Assembly: GCA_965223545.1 (NCBI GenBank)
Contig: OZ245006.1
Coordinates: 2,016,001 to 2,080,000 of the forward strand
Direction of reading: 5' to 3'
Length of the DNA stretch: 64,000 nt
Source of the DNA: Planctomycetota bacterium
GTDB taxonomy: Bacteria > Planctomycetota > UBA1135 > UBA2386
Every line of letters begins with the position of its first letter. Within the stretch, counting starts at the first letter, position 1. The notes below the pieces were generated by a model. The model was not told the origin of the DNA. It did no database searches and saw only the letters and a list, made by a program, of their open reading frames with translations. Below are positions 1 to 7,959 of the stretch, in pieces. The position numbers and the translations under genes were made by a program.

Positions 1-1008
1 CCTCTGCTCGACCACTACCGCCAGCACCCACCGGTCGCCGCGGAGCTGGCGGCGGTGTGCGCCCGGCCGACGGTGTGCTTGATGCCCGGCAGTCGCCGCG
101 CCGAGATCGAGCAACACCTGGCCCCGTTCGTCGCGATCGCCCGCCGGCTGCATCGCGACGACCCCAACCTGCGCTTCGTCATCCCGCACGTCGACCCGCG
201 CCGCGCGCGCCAGATCGAGCAGCGACTGGCCGGCCTGGATGCACCGTTCATCGAGCTGCGCGTCGGCGCGATCGGTGCGTGGTTGGCGGGCGCGCGCGCG
301 GTCCTGGTCAAGTCGGGCACCGGATCGCTCGAGGCCTGCCTGCACGGCACCCCGAGCGTGGTGGTCTACAAGCTGAGCGGCCGCTCCTGGCAGTGGATGC
401 ACCGCAACGCGCTGATCGTGCCGTGGGTCGCGGCCGCCAACTTGGTCGCCAACGCGCCGGTCGTACCCGAGCACGTGTTCTTCGACGACGACGGCTGGGC
501 CGCGGTCGAGGAGTCGCTGCGCGCGCTGCTGCGCGACGGCGAGACCCGCGAGGCATGCGTGGCGGGCCTGGCGGCGGTCCGGCGACGCCTGGGCGGCGCC
601 GGCGCCAGCGAGCGCGTCGCGCGCTGGTTGGCGGCGACGCTGGCCTCCCCCGCGGAACTCGCCGACTCGGAGCTCGAGCCCTACCGCGACCTGGCTCCCG
701 AGGACGCCGACGCCGCACTGCGCACCGACCCCGAGCTCGCGGTACTGGACGTGCGCACACCGCCCGAGCACGCCCGGCACCGCCTGCCGGGCAGCCAGCT
801 GATTCCGGTGCACGAGCTGCCACGCCGCCTCGACGAGCTCGATCCCGCACGACGCTACCTGGTCGTCTGCGAGCACGGAGTGCGCAGCGTCGCGGCCTGC
901 GAGCTCCTCGTCGAGCACGGCTTCGCCGCGATCGCCAACCTCAACGGCGGCATGGCACACTGGCTCGCGCGCGGGCTGCCCGTCGAGCGTGGAACGACAG
1001 AGCATTAG
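1..1008 (+). CDS. lpxB: Lipid-A-disaccharide synthase (5'-truncated by window edge) fused to a C-terminal rhodanese domain
   Basis: Frame 1 is open from base 1 (PLLDHY..., cf. LpxB VGHPLLD). It has LpxB motifs LMPGSRRAEI, KSGTGSLEA, PSVVVYK and NLVANAPVVPE. The last ~110 aa are rhodanese-like (LDVRTPPEH, HRLPGS, VVCEHGVRS, NLNGGMAHW). Confidence 0.88.
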   Translation, partial: PLLDHYRQHPPVAAELAAVCARPTVCLMPGSRRAEIEQHLAPFVAIARRLHRDDPNLRFVIPHVDPRRARQIEQRLAGLDAPFIELRVGAIGAWLAGARAVLVKSGTGSLEACLHGTPSVVVYKLSGRSWQWMHRNALIVPWVAAANLVANAPVVPEHVFFDDDGWAAVEESLRALLRDGETREACVAGLAAVRRRLGGAGASERVARWLAATLASPAELADSELEPYRDLAPEDADAALRTDPELAVLDVRTPPEHARHRLPGSQLIPVHELPRRLDELDPARRYLVVCEHGVRSVAACELLVEHGFAAIANLNGGMAHWLARGLPVERGTTEH

Positions 1009-1199
1009 GCGGAGCGAGCCGGCGAAGCGCCAACTGATCATTGCTGAATCCCCTGACACCAACGCGTAAACGTTCGGTGAGGATCCGCGTGTAAGCGGTG
1101 GGGCCGGGGGGCCAAAACCGAGCGTGCAGGACTTCCTTGGTCTGCCCCGCTGGAGCGCTCAAGCCTGACCGTGATCCGCAAGGGGTTGCCGATGGAGGA

Positions 1200-1560
1200 T
1201 GGAGGTACACGAGGAAGTGTCTGCCTTCGTCACCAGATCGCGAAGTGCAAAGGAGCAGCGAAGCGGGCAGCGAGGGAGGGGTCGGTTTGTAGTCACCAGT
1301 CACCAGCTACCTCTACGCAAACAACCGAGGACGACGGGTGTCCGCGCGTCAGACGGGCAACGACTGCTGCGTCCGTTCCAACGCCTGTATTCTGTCCCTC
1401 GGGGCCGGCAATTCTGACTCTTCTTCTCGAAGGGTCCTTGCTCTGCTTGAACGCTTGAACGCCTTGACCTTGTGCGGAATAAGCCCATTCTGCTTCCACA
1501 CTCGATTCAATATCGACTGCGTGATCCCTGAATTCTCCGCGAGAGATTGCACTTCTGCAT
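1200..1560 (-). pseudogene. Degraded IS630-family transposase remnant
   Basis: Minus-strand fragments in shifting frames resemble successive IS630 motifs: SLAENSGITQSILNRVWKQNGLIPHKVKAFK (HTH), FKQSKDP, IQALERTQQSLP and TGDYK (cf. THDYK). A short tandem duplication, gcttgaac x2 at ~1446-1461, coincides with a frameshift. Confidence 0.7.
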
Positions 1561-2442
1561 CACACCACTGAACCAATCGTGCAAGGCATCGCATAATGCG
1601 CCATCGACCTTAGCGTCGAACACGGCAAACATCGGCGACGAGTTGACTTCGAGAAACATCAAGTCACCTGTGTCAGCGCAGGTCTTGAAGTCCGCTGCCG
1701 CGAAGTCTAGACCAACGCCGTCGCATAGAGTGAATAACTGCGTCGGCAGCGATGGCGGCAACACGTCCAGCTTCACTGGAACGACCTCGCATGCGCCCGT
1801 TCGCCGGTAGTCGAGTTCGCTCGAATCCATCCGAAATCCGAAGCACCGACTGCCAATCCGGTAGACGCGGTACTCCGGTGCAACCAGCCGTGGCTGCACG
1901 ATCGCTGGCGCAGCAGCAACGCCGCCCCTCTCTTCCGCCGCAGCGATCGCTGCATCCGCGGTCTCGCAGAATCCACCACCGTCAACAGGCTTCACCACGA
2001 GCCCCAACGCACCGGCCACACTCGCGATCCGGTCTACCTCATTCGAGACCAGAGTGAACGGAACACTGAATCCGACCTCGCGAGCAAGCGCCAACATCTG
2101 GGGCTTGTTAGTGACTCGGACTCCCGCGACTCGGTTGGGCATCGCCACATCCGTGTGTGCCATCAGCCATCCCTGGATCGTCGTGTACCAGGCGTGAGCG
2201 CGTCGCGCGACGACGGGCCGCGGATCGTCGAGCTCAGAAAACACGTCGTAGCGGACGAACCCAGCCGACGGCCGAACATGGCGCCCCTCGACAATCAGCC
2301 GATCCTCGACGACGTCCCAGGACAAGCGCGGGGCACGACCCGGACCTACCCAGAGTTCGAGTGTCTCGACGCCGCGCGTTCTGGCGCAAGCGGCAAGCCG
2401 CCTGAGATTCGGGTCGTCAGGGCCACCGGCGATCAGAAACAC
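1507..2442 (-). CDS. ATP-grasp peptide macrocyclase (graspetide synthetase, MvdC/MvdD/PsnB-like RimK superfamily)
   Basis: Motifs TNKPQMLALAREVGFSVPFTLVSN, VVKP, PAIVQ, EYRVY, LDYRR (DxR motif of graspetide ligases), AADFK and FLEVNSSP. The GTG start follows the tyrosinase TGA-TAG double stop directly. Confidence 0.88.
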   Translation of the reverse strand: MFLIAGGPDDPNLRRLAACARTRGVETLELWVGPGRAPRLSWDVVEDRLIVEGRHVRPSAGFVRYDVFSELDDPRPVVARRAHAWYTTIQGWLMAHTDVAMPNRVAGVRVTNKPQMLALAREVGFSVPFTLVSNEVDRIASVAGALGLVVKPVDGGGFCETADAAIAAAEERGGVAAAPAIVQPRLVAPEYRVYRIGSRCFGFRMDSSELDYRRTGACEVVPVKLDVLPPSLPTQLFTLCDGVGLDFAAADFKTCADTGDLMFLEVNSSPMFAVFDAKVDGALCDALHDWFSGVMQKCNLSRRIQGSRSRY

Positions 2443-2445
2443 CTA

Positions 2446-3624
2446 TCAGAACCCACCGAAAGGGCTCCGCGGATCGCCTCCGCGGAATGGCTCTGGATCG
2501 TCGATGCGCGGGTCGGTCGGGCCCTCGCCAATGAACCTCGTCGGCGAGCCTTCCTCGCCCAAACGCAGCGTTGTCGGACCGCCTTCCTCCCCGACACGAA
2601 GCGTTGTGAGGTCCTCTCCTTGGGGTAGGGTCGGCACGGCCTCTTCGCCAATCCACTGGGATATCGGCTCCTCCCAGCGGGGAAAGGTTGGACGAGCCGC
2701 GCGCTCGGGGCACGGGCAGCCCTCTTCGTCATCGTAACAGTAACCTACATCCCGGTGATCGAGGACCATTTCAGGTGTAACAACATCCGTGACGGGGTAG
2801 CTCGGCACCAACGCGGCCATACCGGCGGCGGTTGTCTCCGATGCGCTCGCATCCCACGGCCACATAGGGTCAGTCAGACGATGTCCCTGCCCCCCCGTGT
2901 TTAGGGGGTTGTAGTTTGCGGCACCTGGATGATCTCTTTGCCACTTGGCCCAGATCCGATCGACCTGGGCATGGTGCAACCAGAAGATCGGATCGTTGGG
3001 CGAAGTCATCTGGCTCATGTCACGCCCAAGCCGAACGTGAACAATCCCGTGTGGCGGCCATTCGAGTGCGGGCCGGAAAAGGTTGAAAGTTGGCAGCGCC
3101 AAGACAGCCGCAACCGAAGCTGCCGTTGGCCACGGTGCGCCCCGGTTGAGGGCAGTGTTCCGCTGCAACCCGTCGCCGAATCTCTGCAGTTCCGCGCGAA
3201 TCGGAAAGCCCAGCGGATTGAGCGCGTTGGGGTCGCGTGCGAAGTAGCCGGAGTCGACTGTGAACGTCCCGGCCGCGCCGAGCGGGCCGAGCCGATCGTC
3301 GGCGAACAGACCAATCTCGTCGTCGTCGTCGCCTAGGCCCCAATTCCAGTAAGGGAGCGTCACGCGGGCATCGACCGACTGAAGGGCCTGCTCGAACCGC
3401 TTCAAGTACTCGCGGTGCCACGGCAAGAACGCGGGGCCGCCGTGGGCACCGTCCGTGGTCTGCGCGCCATTTAGCTGAGTAACTCCAACGTGAAGGGCTA
3501 CGAACATGTCGTACACACTGATCCCCGATCCTGGCGGAAACGTGTGCTTGAGTGTGACAACCGCCGTGAGGAACCTGTGCCACTCCTCAGCGGAGAGACT
3601 GCTGGCGTTCTTGCGCACGTTCAT
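2446..3624 (-). CDS. Tyrosinase (type-3 dicopper, MelC2-like) with a C-terminal graspetide-core repeat tail
   Basis: N-terminus MNVRKNASSLS with RBS AGAGGAGG. All six Cu-ligand His are present: VALH, AHGGPAFLPWHR, PHGIVH and NDPIFWLHHAQVDRIW. The YxY end motif (GYCYD) is followed by a ~90-aa tail of T/S-xxxx-E/D repeats. Confidence 0.92.
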   Translation of the reverse strand: MNVRKNASSLSAEEWHRFLTAVVTLKHTFPPGSGISVYDMFVALHVGVTQLNGAQTTDGAHGGPAFLPWHREYLKRFEQALQSVDARVTLPYWNWGLGDDDDEIGLFADDRLGPLGAAGTFTVDSGYFARDPNALNPLGFPIRAELQRFGDGLQRNTALNRGAPWPTAASVAAVLALPTFNLFRPALEWPPHGIVHVRLGRDMSQMTSPNDPIFWLHHAQVDRIWAKWQRDHPGAANYNPLNTGGQGHRLTDPMWPWDASASETTAAGMAALVPSYPVTDVVTPEMVLDHRDVGYCYDDEEGCPCPERAARPTFPRWEEPISQWIGEEAVPTLPQGEDLTTLRVGEEGGPTTLRLGEEGSPTRFIGEGPTDPRIDDPEPFRGGDPRSPFGGF

Positions 3625-3665
3625 CTCGGTTTCCTCCTCTCTTGATCGCTGCGTGTGATCGCCTA

Positions 3666-3965
3666 TCACGCGCGACCGTCTACGATCGCGCGCGCGAGTT
3701 CATTGGCCGAACCGTACCTCTCGTATGGCTTTTCGGTCGAATTATACTGGCCAGTGTCGGCATCGCGCGCGAACAAGATGGGCTCGTCATCTATCTTGAC
3801 TTGTTCGTCGGCCCCATCTAGCTGCACGACAATACGACAATCTTTGTAGACTGTGTCCGATACGATCGACGGCTTCCCGGCCTTTTTGCTCTTCCCGGGC
3901 TTCTTGCTCTTCCCGGGCTTCTTGCTCTTCCCGGGCTTCTTGCTCTTCGATTTGTTGCTCATCAC
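3666..3965 (-). CDS. Tyrosinase cofactor/caddie protein (MelC1-like), no Tat signal, Lys-rich N-terminus
   Basis: DTVYKDCRI..VKIDDEPI..RDADTGQYNS..PYERYGSANELARAIVD parallels MelC1 (DEVYKGRRI..VFIDG..RNADGSWIS..HY..AARAAVD). It lies directly upstream of the tyrosinase on the same strand. Confidence 0.8.
   Translation of the reverse strand: MMSNKSKSKKPGKSKKPGKSKKPGKSKKAGKPSIVSDTVYKDCRIVVQLDGADEQVKIDDEPILFARDADTGQYNSTEKPYERYGSANELARAIVDGRA
3873..3948 (-). repeat. 18-bp tandem repeat (~4 copies) encoding SKKPGK
   Basis: ttcttgctcttcccgggc is repeated exactly at 3901-3918 and 3919-3936, with partial or degenerate flanking copies. Confidence 0.92.
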
Positions 3966-4423
3966 CCTTCTCTACTGTTGTCCCATCGAAAGATGAGCGC
4001 CATACCACTGCCGGACGGTAACTTTAAGCGTAACCAAAGTGGCGCCCCCGCGTCACGGAATATTTCCAACAGCTACCGCGAGAGCCAATCGAGGTAGCTT
4101 GGGCTTCTGTCTAGGTCCAGTGGCGCGTCGTCACCACCTCCACAACGCCTTACGTTCGTGCAAGTTCGTCGCAATACTGTTTGGCTGACGTGAGCTGGTT
4201 CTTCTGCGCACCGGAGTGCCTGCGTATTCGAGCTGGCGATTACCGTGCCGCCACGGCGTTTCGGGTGCCAAGGCCAAGCGTTCGGCCTCTTTCTCCTTGA
4301 GCGCTTAGTAGAGGGTCTTCTCCCCCGTCGGCATATTCAGCACACAAGACAACAGTGCAGGTCGGCATGCCGGCCTGGGTAACGGTTCACAGCGATGTCG
4401 GATGGGCCCGGCCGCGCCGCGCA

Positions 4424-6622
4424 TCAGCGAATCTCGAGCATCGCCACCGGCGAGGTCTCCTCGACCTCGGGAGAAGTCGTCTCGAGCGTGCACATCGCCG
4501 CGTACAGCTGCAGCCCGGACAAGCCGGGGTCATTGGGAATCGGCAACACGGTCTGCGCCTCGCCGTTGCCGTCCAACACCCCTTGGAACCCGGGCAGCTG
4601 GCCGGCCAACACCGCCGCGGTCAGCACATCGACCCCCATCGGCAGCACCCGCCCCGGCGCGACGCGCACGGTCTCCGGATAGCCGACCGTCGACAGCAAC
4701 GCGAAGAACGGCGCCCGCGGGTGGTAGCGGTCGGAGAACTCGACGCCGACGGTCGCACCGAGGCTGGCCGGCCCGCGAAACGACACGAGGTCGGTGGCGG
4801 TGTCCATCGCCGTCGTCCAAGCGATCGCCAACGGCTCTTGGTCGCCATCGAAGCGGTGCACGTGCAGCACGACGGTGTAGGTGCCACTCACCGGCGGACG
4901 AAACATCGCGATCTCGAACGGGTTGAACGGCGATGCCGACGCCGCCACCACGTTGCCGGCCGGATCCTCGATCGTCATGTCGAGGTCCATCTCGAGCACG
5001 TCGGTGCTGTACGAAGAGTCCGCCTGCGAGAACCACAACGCGACGACGCGGGCGGTGTCGTGGCGATCGAGGTAGAGGGTGTGCCGATACACACCGGCAG
5101 TAAACGAGCTCGGCGTCAGCGTCGCGGAGTGGTACTGGCCGTCCTCGACCGCGCTCTGCGCCGCCGCCGCGTCGACGCCGCCGGCGCCGTCGAAGTCGCT
5201 GAGTGGCTTGCCGCCGTGGATGTTGTTCCACGCGCCCGCCATCAACATCGCCTTGACCACTTCCGGCTTGGCGAGCAGGGCGTTGTCCGTCGACGCCAAC
5301 AAGGCGGCGGTGCCACACACCACCGGCGAAGCGAACGACGTGCCCGAGCCGGCGTTGCTGGTGATCCACGGGCTGCGGTTGGTCGTGGTGCTGATGCCGG
5401 TGCCATGCGCAGCGAGCTCGGGCTTCTCGTGATTGCTGGGCTGCGGGTTGCGCGTGCTCGAGCCGGTGTTCATCCGGTCGTCGTCCCAGTCGTGCGTGTT
5501 GCGCTCGTCGGCGTTGCCGGTGGCCGTTGTGTTGAAGCCGTTGCCCGGCGTCGTGGTCGGCTGGTTGTTGCCCTGGTTGCCGCAGGACTTGAACATCATC
5601 ACGCCGAAGTTGCGGATGATGTAGTCGAAATAGCGGTCGAGGAACACGATGCTGCCGCGGTTGCCGTTCCACCACGAGCAGTTGCCGAACGAGATGCCGT
5701 TCTGCATGCCAAACGCCCAAGCAGCCGGCGTCGCGACGTCGTCGTAGCCGGGCTGCACGAACAGCCGGTCGATGCCCGGCGCGGCGCCGGTCTGCTGCGG
5801 GTGCTTGGAGCAGACGATGCCGCTGACAGCCGCCGCGTGCGAGTCGTCGGCGGCGTTGTTGCCACGCGTCACCGGCGGCAGGTAGGGATTGGCGGTGGTG
5901 ACGTTGCCGACGTCGTTGACCAAGACGCGCACTCCCTGGCCGCGAATTCCCTTGAGATGTACGAAGTCGGTGCGCGCCGTCGGCGAGGCCCATTCGTTGA
6001 TCGGCGCCGGACACACCTCGGGCGCGGCGGTGGGAAAGCAGTAGTAGGCCTGGTCGACCTCGGCGCGCGCCGCCCACCCCGGCACCTGGTCGGACGCCAT
6101 CGTCGCGCAGACGAACGGCACGAAAGGGTCCACGTAGCGCACGGCAAAACCCGCCCGACCGAGAGCGGCAGCAAACGGACCCGTGACCGTCGCCGCCAGC
6201 CGCTGGGCCTCGTCCAACGCCGTGCGCCGCGCGTCTGCCGCCGCTTGGCCCGCGTCGATGGCCCGATCCAGCGTAGCCCGCAAGTCCGGGTGCCCCGCGG
6301 GCCGGTGCAGCCAGAACACGACGTCGAGGGCGGCGGCGACCGGCAGCTGCGATCGCAGCGCGTGCCACATCTTGCCGTTCTGCACATCGCGGGTGCTCGC
6401 TTCCCGCCGCAACAGCGCATCGGCGTCGATCGGCGCGCCGGTCCGCGCGTCGGTCGTCCGCCGCCGAATCCTCCGGCTGTCGGGATCGAGCCACCGCTGC
6501 TCGCGCACGGTGACACCGAGCGTGGGGAGCACTCGGTGCTCGTCGGCCAACACGCCTGGCGGCTCGCCTTGAACCAGGAGAAGGAGAAGCGAGAGAGCGG
6601 GCACGACGACCTCCTTGGGCAT
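4424..6622 (-). CDS. Secreted S8 subtilisin-like serine protease with shared C-terminal domain
   Basis: Signal peptide; catalytic Asp (VLVND), His (DSHAAAVSG), oxyanion Asn (SCGNQG) and Ser (GTSFASP); KPELAAHG. The C-terminus has LDGNGEA..LPIPNDPGLSGLQLYA. Confidence 0.88.
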   Translation of the reverse strand: MPKEVVVPALSLLLLLVQGEPPGVLADEHRVLPTLGVTVREQRWLDPDSRRIRRRTTDARTGAPIDADALLRREASTRDVQNGKMWHALRSQLPVAAALDVVFWLHRPAGHPDLRATLDRAIDAGQAAADARRTALDEAQRLAATVTGPFAAALGRAGFAVRYVDPFVPFVCATMASDQVPGWAARAEVDQAYYCFPTAAPEVCPAPINEWASPTARTDFVHLKGIRGQGVRVLVNDVGNVTTANPYLPPVTRGNNAADDSHAAAVSGIVCSKHPQQTGAAPGIDRLFVQPGYDDVATPAAWAFGMQNGISFGNCSWWNGNRGSIVFLDRYFDYIIRNFGVMMFKSCGNQGNNQPTTTPGNGFNTTATGNADERNTHDWDDDRMNTGSSTRNPQPSNHEKPELAAHGTGISTTTNRSPWITSNAGSGTSFASPVVCGTAALLASTDNALLAKPEVVKAMLMAGAWNNIHGGKPLSDFDGAGGVDAAAAQSAVEDGQYHSATLTPSSFTAGVYRHTLYLDRHDTARVVALWFSQADSSYSTDVLEMDLDMTIEDPAGNVVAASASPFNPFEIAMFRPPVSGTYTVVLHVHRFDGDQEPLAIAWTTAMDTATDLVSFRGPASLGATVGVEFSDRYHPRAPFFALLSTVGYPETVRVAPGRVLPMGVDVLTAAVLAGQLPGFQGVLDGNGEAQTVLPIPNDPGLSGLQLYAAMCTLETTSPEVEETSPVAMLEIR

Positions 6623-6694
6623 CGAGGGTGGGGGCTTGGACCCCGCAAGATACCAAGTGGACGACTCCAGCGCGCGCGGCGTCGCCCCGGCTCG

Positions 6695-7828
6695 CTATCG
6701 CGGCCAGCGCGCCGCCGCCGCCCGACAGTCCGCGACGCTCGGCACCAGCGCCAGGCGCACGTAGCGCTCTTGTCGCGGACCGAAGAACGAGCCCGGCGAC
6801 ACCACGATGCCGCGCTCCAGCAGGCGGTCCGCATAGTCGACGTCGGTCGCTCCCTGCGGCACCTCCACCCACAAGAACAAGCCGGCGGTGCCCGGGTACA
6901 CCTCGAGGCCGATCTCGGTGAACAGCGCCAGCAGAACCGCCCGCTTGGCGGCGAAGCACGCCCGACGCTCCTCGACGTGAGCGCTGTCGGACCACGCCGC
7001 CTCGGCGGCGGCTTGCACCGGCAGCGTCGGCGCCTCGCCCATGCCGGCGCGGAACCGGCGGTAGTGCGCGATCGTTTCGTGGTCGCCGGCGACGAAACCG
7101 GAGCGGTACCCGGTCATGCCCGAGCGCTTGGACAGCGAGTGCACCGCGAGGCATCCGGCGCGACCGAACTCGAGCACGCTGCGCGGCGCCTCACCGTAGT
7201 AGAGGTCGACGTAGCACTCGTCGGACACGAGCAGGAAGTCGTGCCGCGCCCGCGCATCCACCCACTCGGCGAACAGCGACGGCGGCATCAGCTGGCCGGT
7301 CGGATTGTGCGGGTAGTTCAGGAACACCAGGGCGGTGCGGTCCAGCACATCGCCGCCCACCTCGTCGGGCGTCAGCAGGTAGTCGTTGCCTCGATGGAGG
7401 ACGACCTCGTGGGTACGCGCCTGCGCGAACAGCGCGCCAATCTCGAACACCGGATAGGCCGGCACGCCGTACACCACCGTGTCGACCGGCGTCGATGGGT
7501 CGAGAACCACCATGGGCAGGTGGAAGATCGCCTCCTTGCTGCCCTGCGTCGGCAACAGCTCGCGGTCGGGGTCGAGGGTGACGTCGAAGCGCTGCCGCAG
7601 GTACTCGGCGGCAGCTCGCCGCATGCCGGCAGTGCCGGCCACCGGCGGGTACTGGCTGATCTCTGGCACGCCATCTCGCATCGCCGCCCTGATCACCGGC
7701 GGGGTCGGCTCGATCGGGTCACCGGTGCCGAAATCGAAGATCTCCACGCCGCGAGCGCGCAGCTCGTCCTTGCGCTGTTCGAGCCGCACCATGGGATAGG
7801 TGGGCAGCGCCCGCAGCCGGTCGTTCAT
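6695..7828 (-). CDS. dapC: PLP-dependent class I/II aminotransferase (succinyldiaminopimelate transaminase-like)
   Basis: TQGSKEAIF, LNYPHNPTG, SDECY, HSLSKRSGMTGYRSGF (PLP lysine), VSPGSFFG, VRLALVP. Confidence 0.78.
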   Translation of the reverse strand: MNDRLRALPTYPMVRLEQRKDELRARGVEIFDFGTGDPIEPTPPVIRAAMRDGVPEISQYPPVAGTAGMRRAAAEYLRQRFDVTLDPDRELLPTQGSKEAIFHLPMVVLDPSTPVDTVVYGVPAYPVFEIGALFAQARTHEVVLHRGNDYLLTPDEVGGDVLDRTALVFLNYPHNPTGQLMPPSLFAEWVDARARHDFLLVSDECYVDLYYGEAPRSVLEFGRAGCLAVHSLSKRSGMTGYRSGFVAGDHETIAHYRRFRAGMGEAPTLPVQAAAEAAWSDSAHVEERRACFAAKRAVLLALFTEIGLEVYPGTAGLFLWVEVPQGATDVDYADRLLERGIVVSPGSFFGPRQERYVRLALVPSVADCRAAAARWPR

Positions 7829-7959
7829 GCCGGCACCATCGCCGGCGGGCCGGATCGCGGCAAGGCCAGCCGTGCGCAGGTTCGTCCTTTCCTGCCACCT
7901 CCGGGAGATTTACAACCGCGCTCCTGAATTCCACCGAGCCCCCGTGTTATCGCAGGCCG

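Noticed and set aside
1010..1340. tRNA/ncRNA or integration site at the island's left edge
   Set aside because: No cloverleaf, T-loop or CCA pattern, and no direct repeat matching the right edge was seen. Part of the region is explained by the IS630 remnant.
2446..2700. Tail as a substrate for the tyrosinase itself (DOPA formation)
   Set aside because: The repeat tail contains no Tyr; its pattern fits Thr/Ser-Glu/Asp ester formation instead.
3625..3669. Longer tyrosinase start (MIGDHTQ...)
   Set aside because: A strong RBS (AGAGGAGG) lies before the ATG at 3624, and MNVRKN matches typical tyrosinase N-termini.
4355..7927. 1190-aa plus-strand ORF, and similar long ORFs (9988-11898, 32663-35131, 61230-63587)
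   Set aside because: Antisense shadows of real genes in high-GC DNA; Arg/Gly-rich with no motifs.
7925..7950. Autoregulatory ECF promoter (GAAT-N16-GTT)
   Set aside because: The motif is too short to support without transcription-start data.
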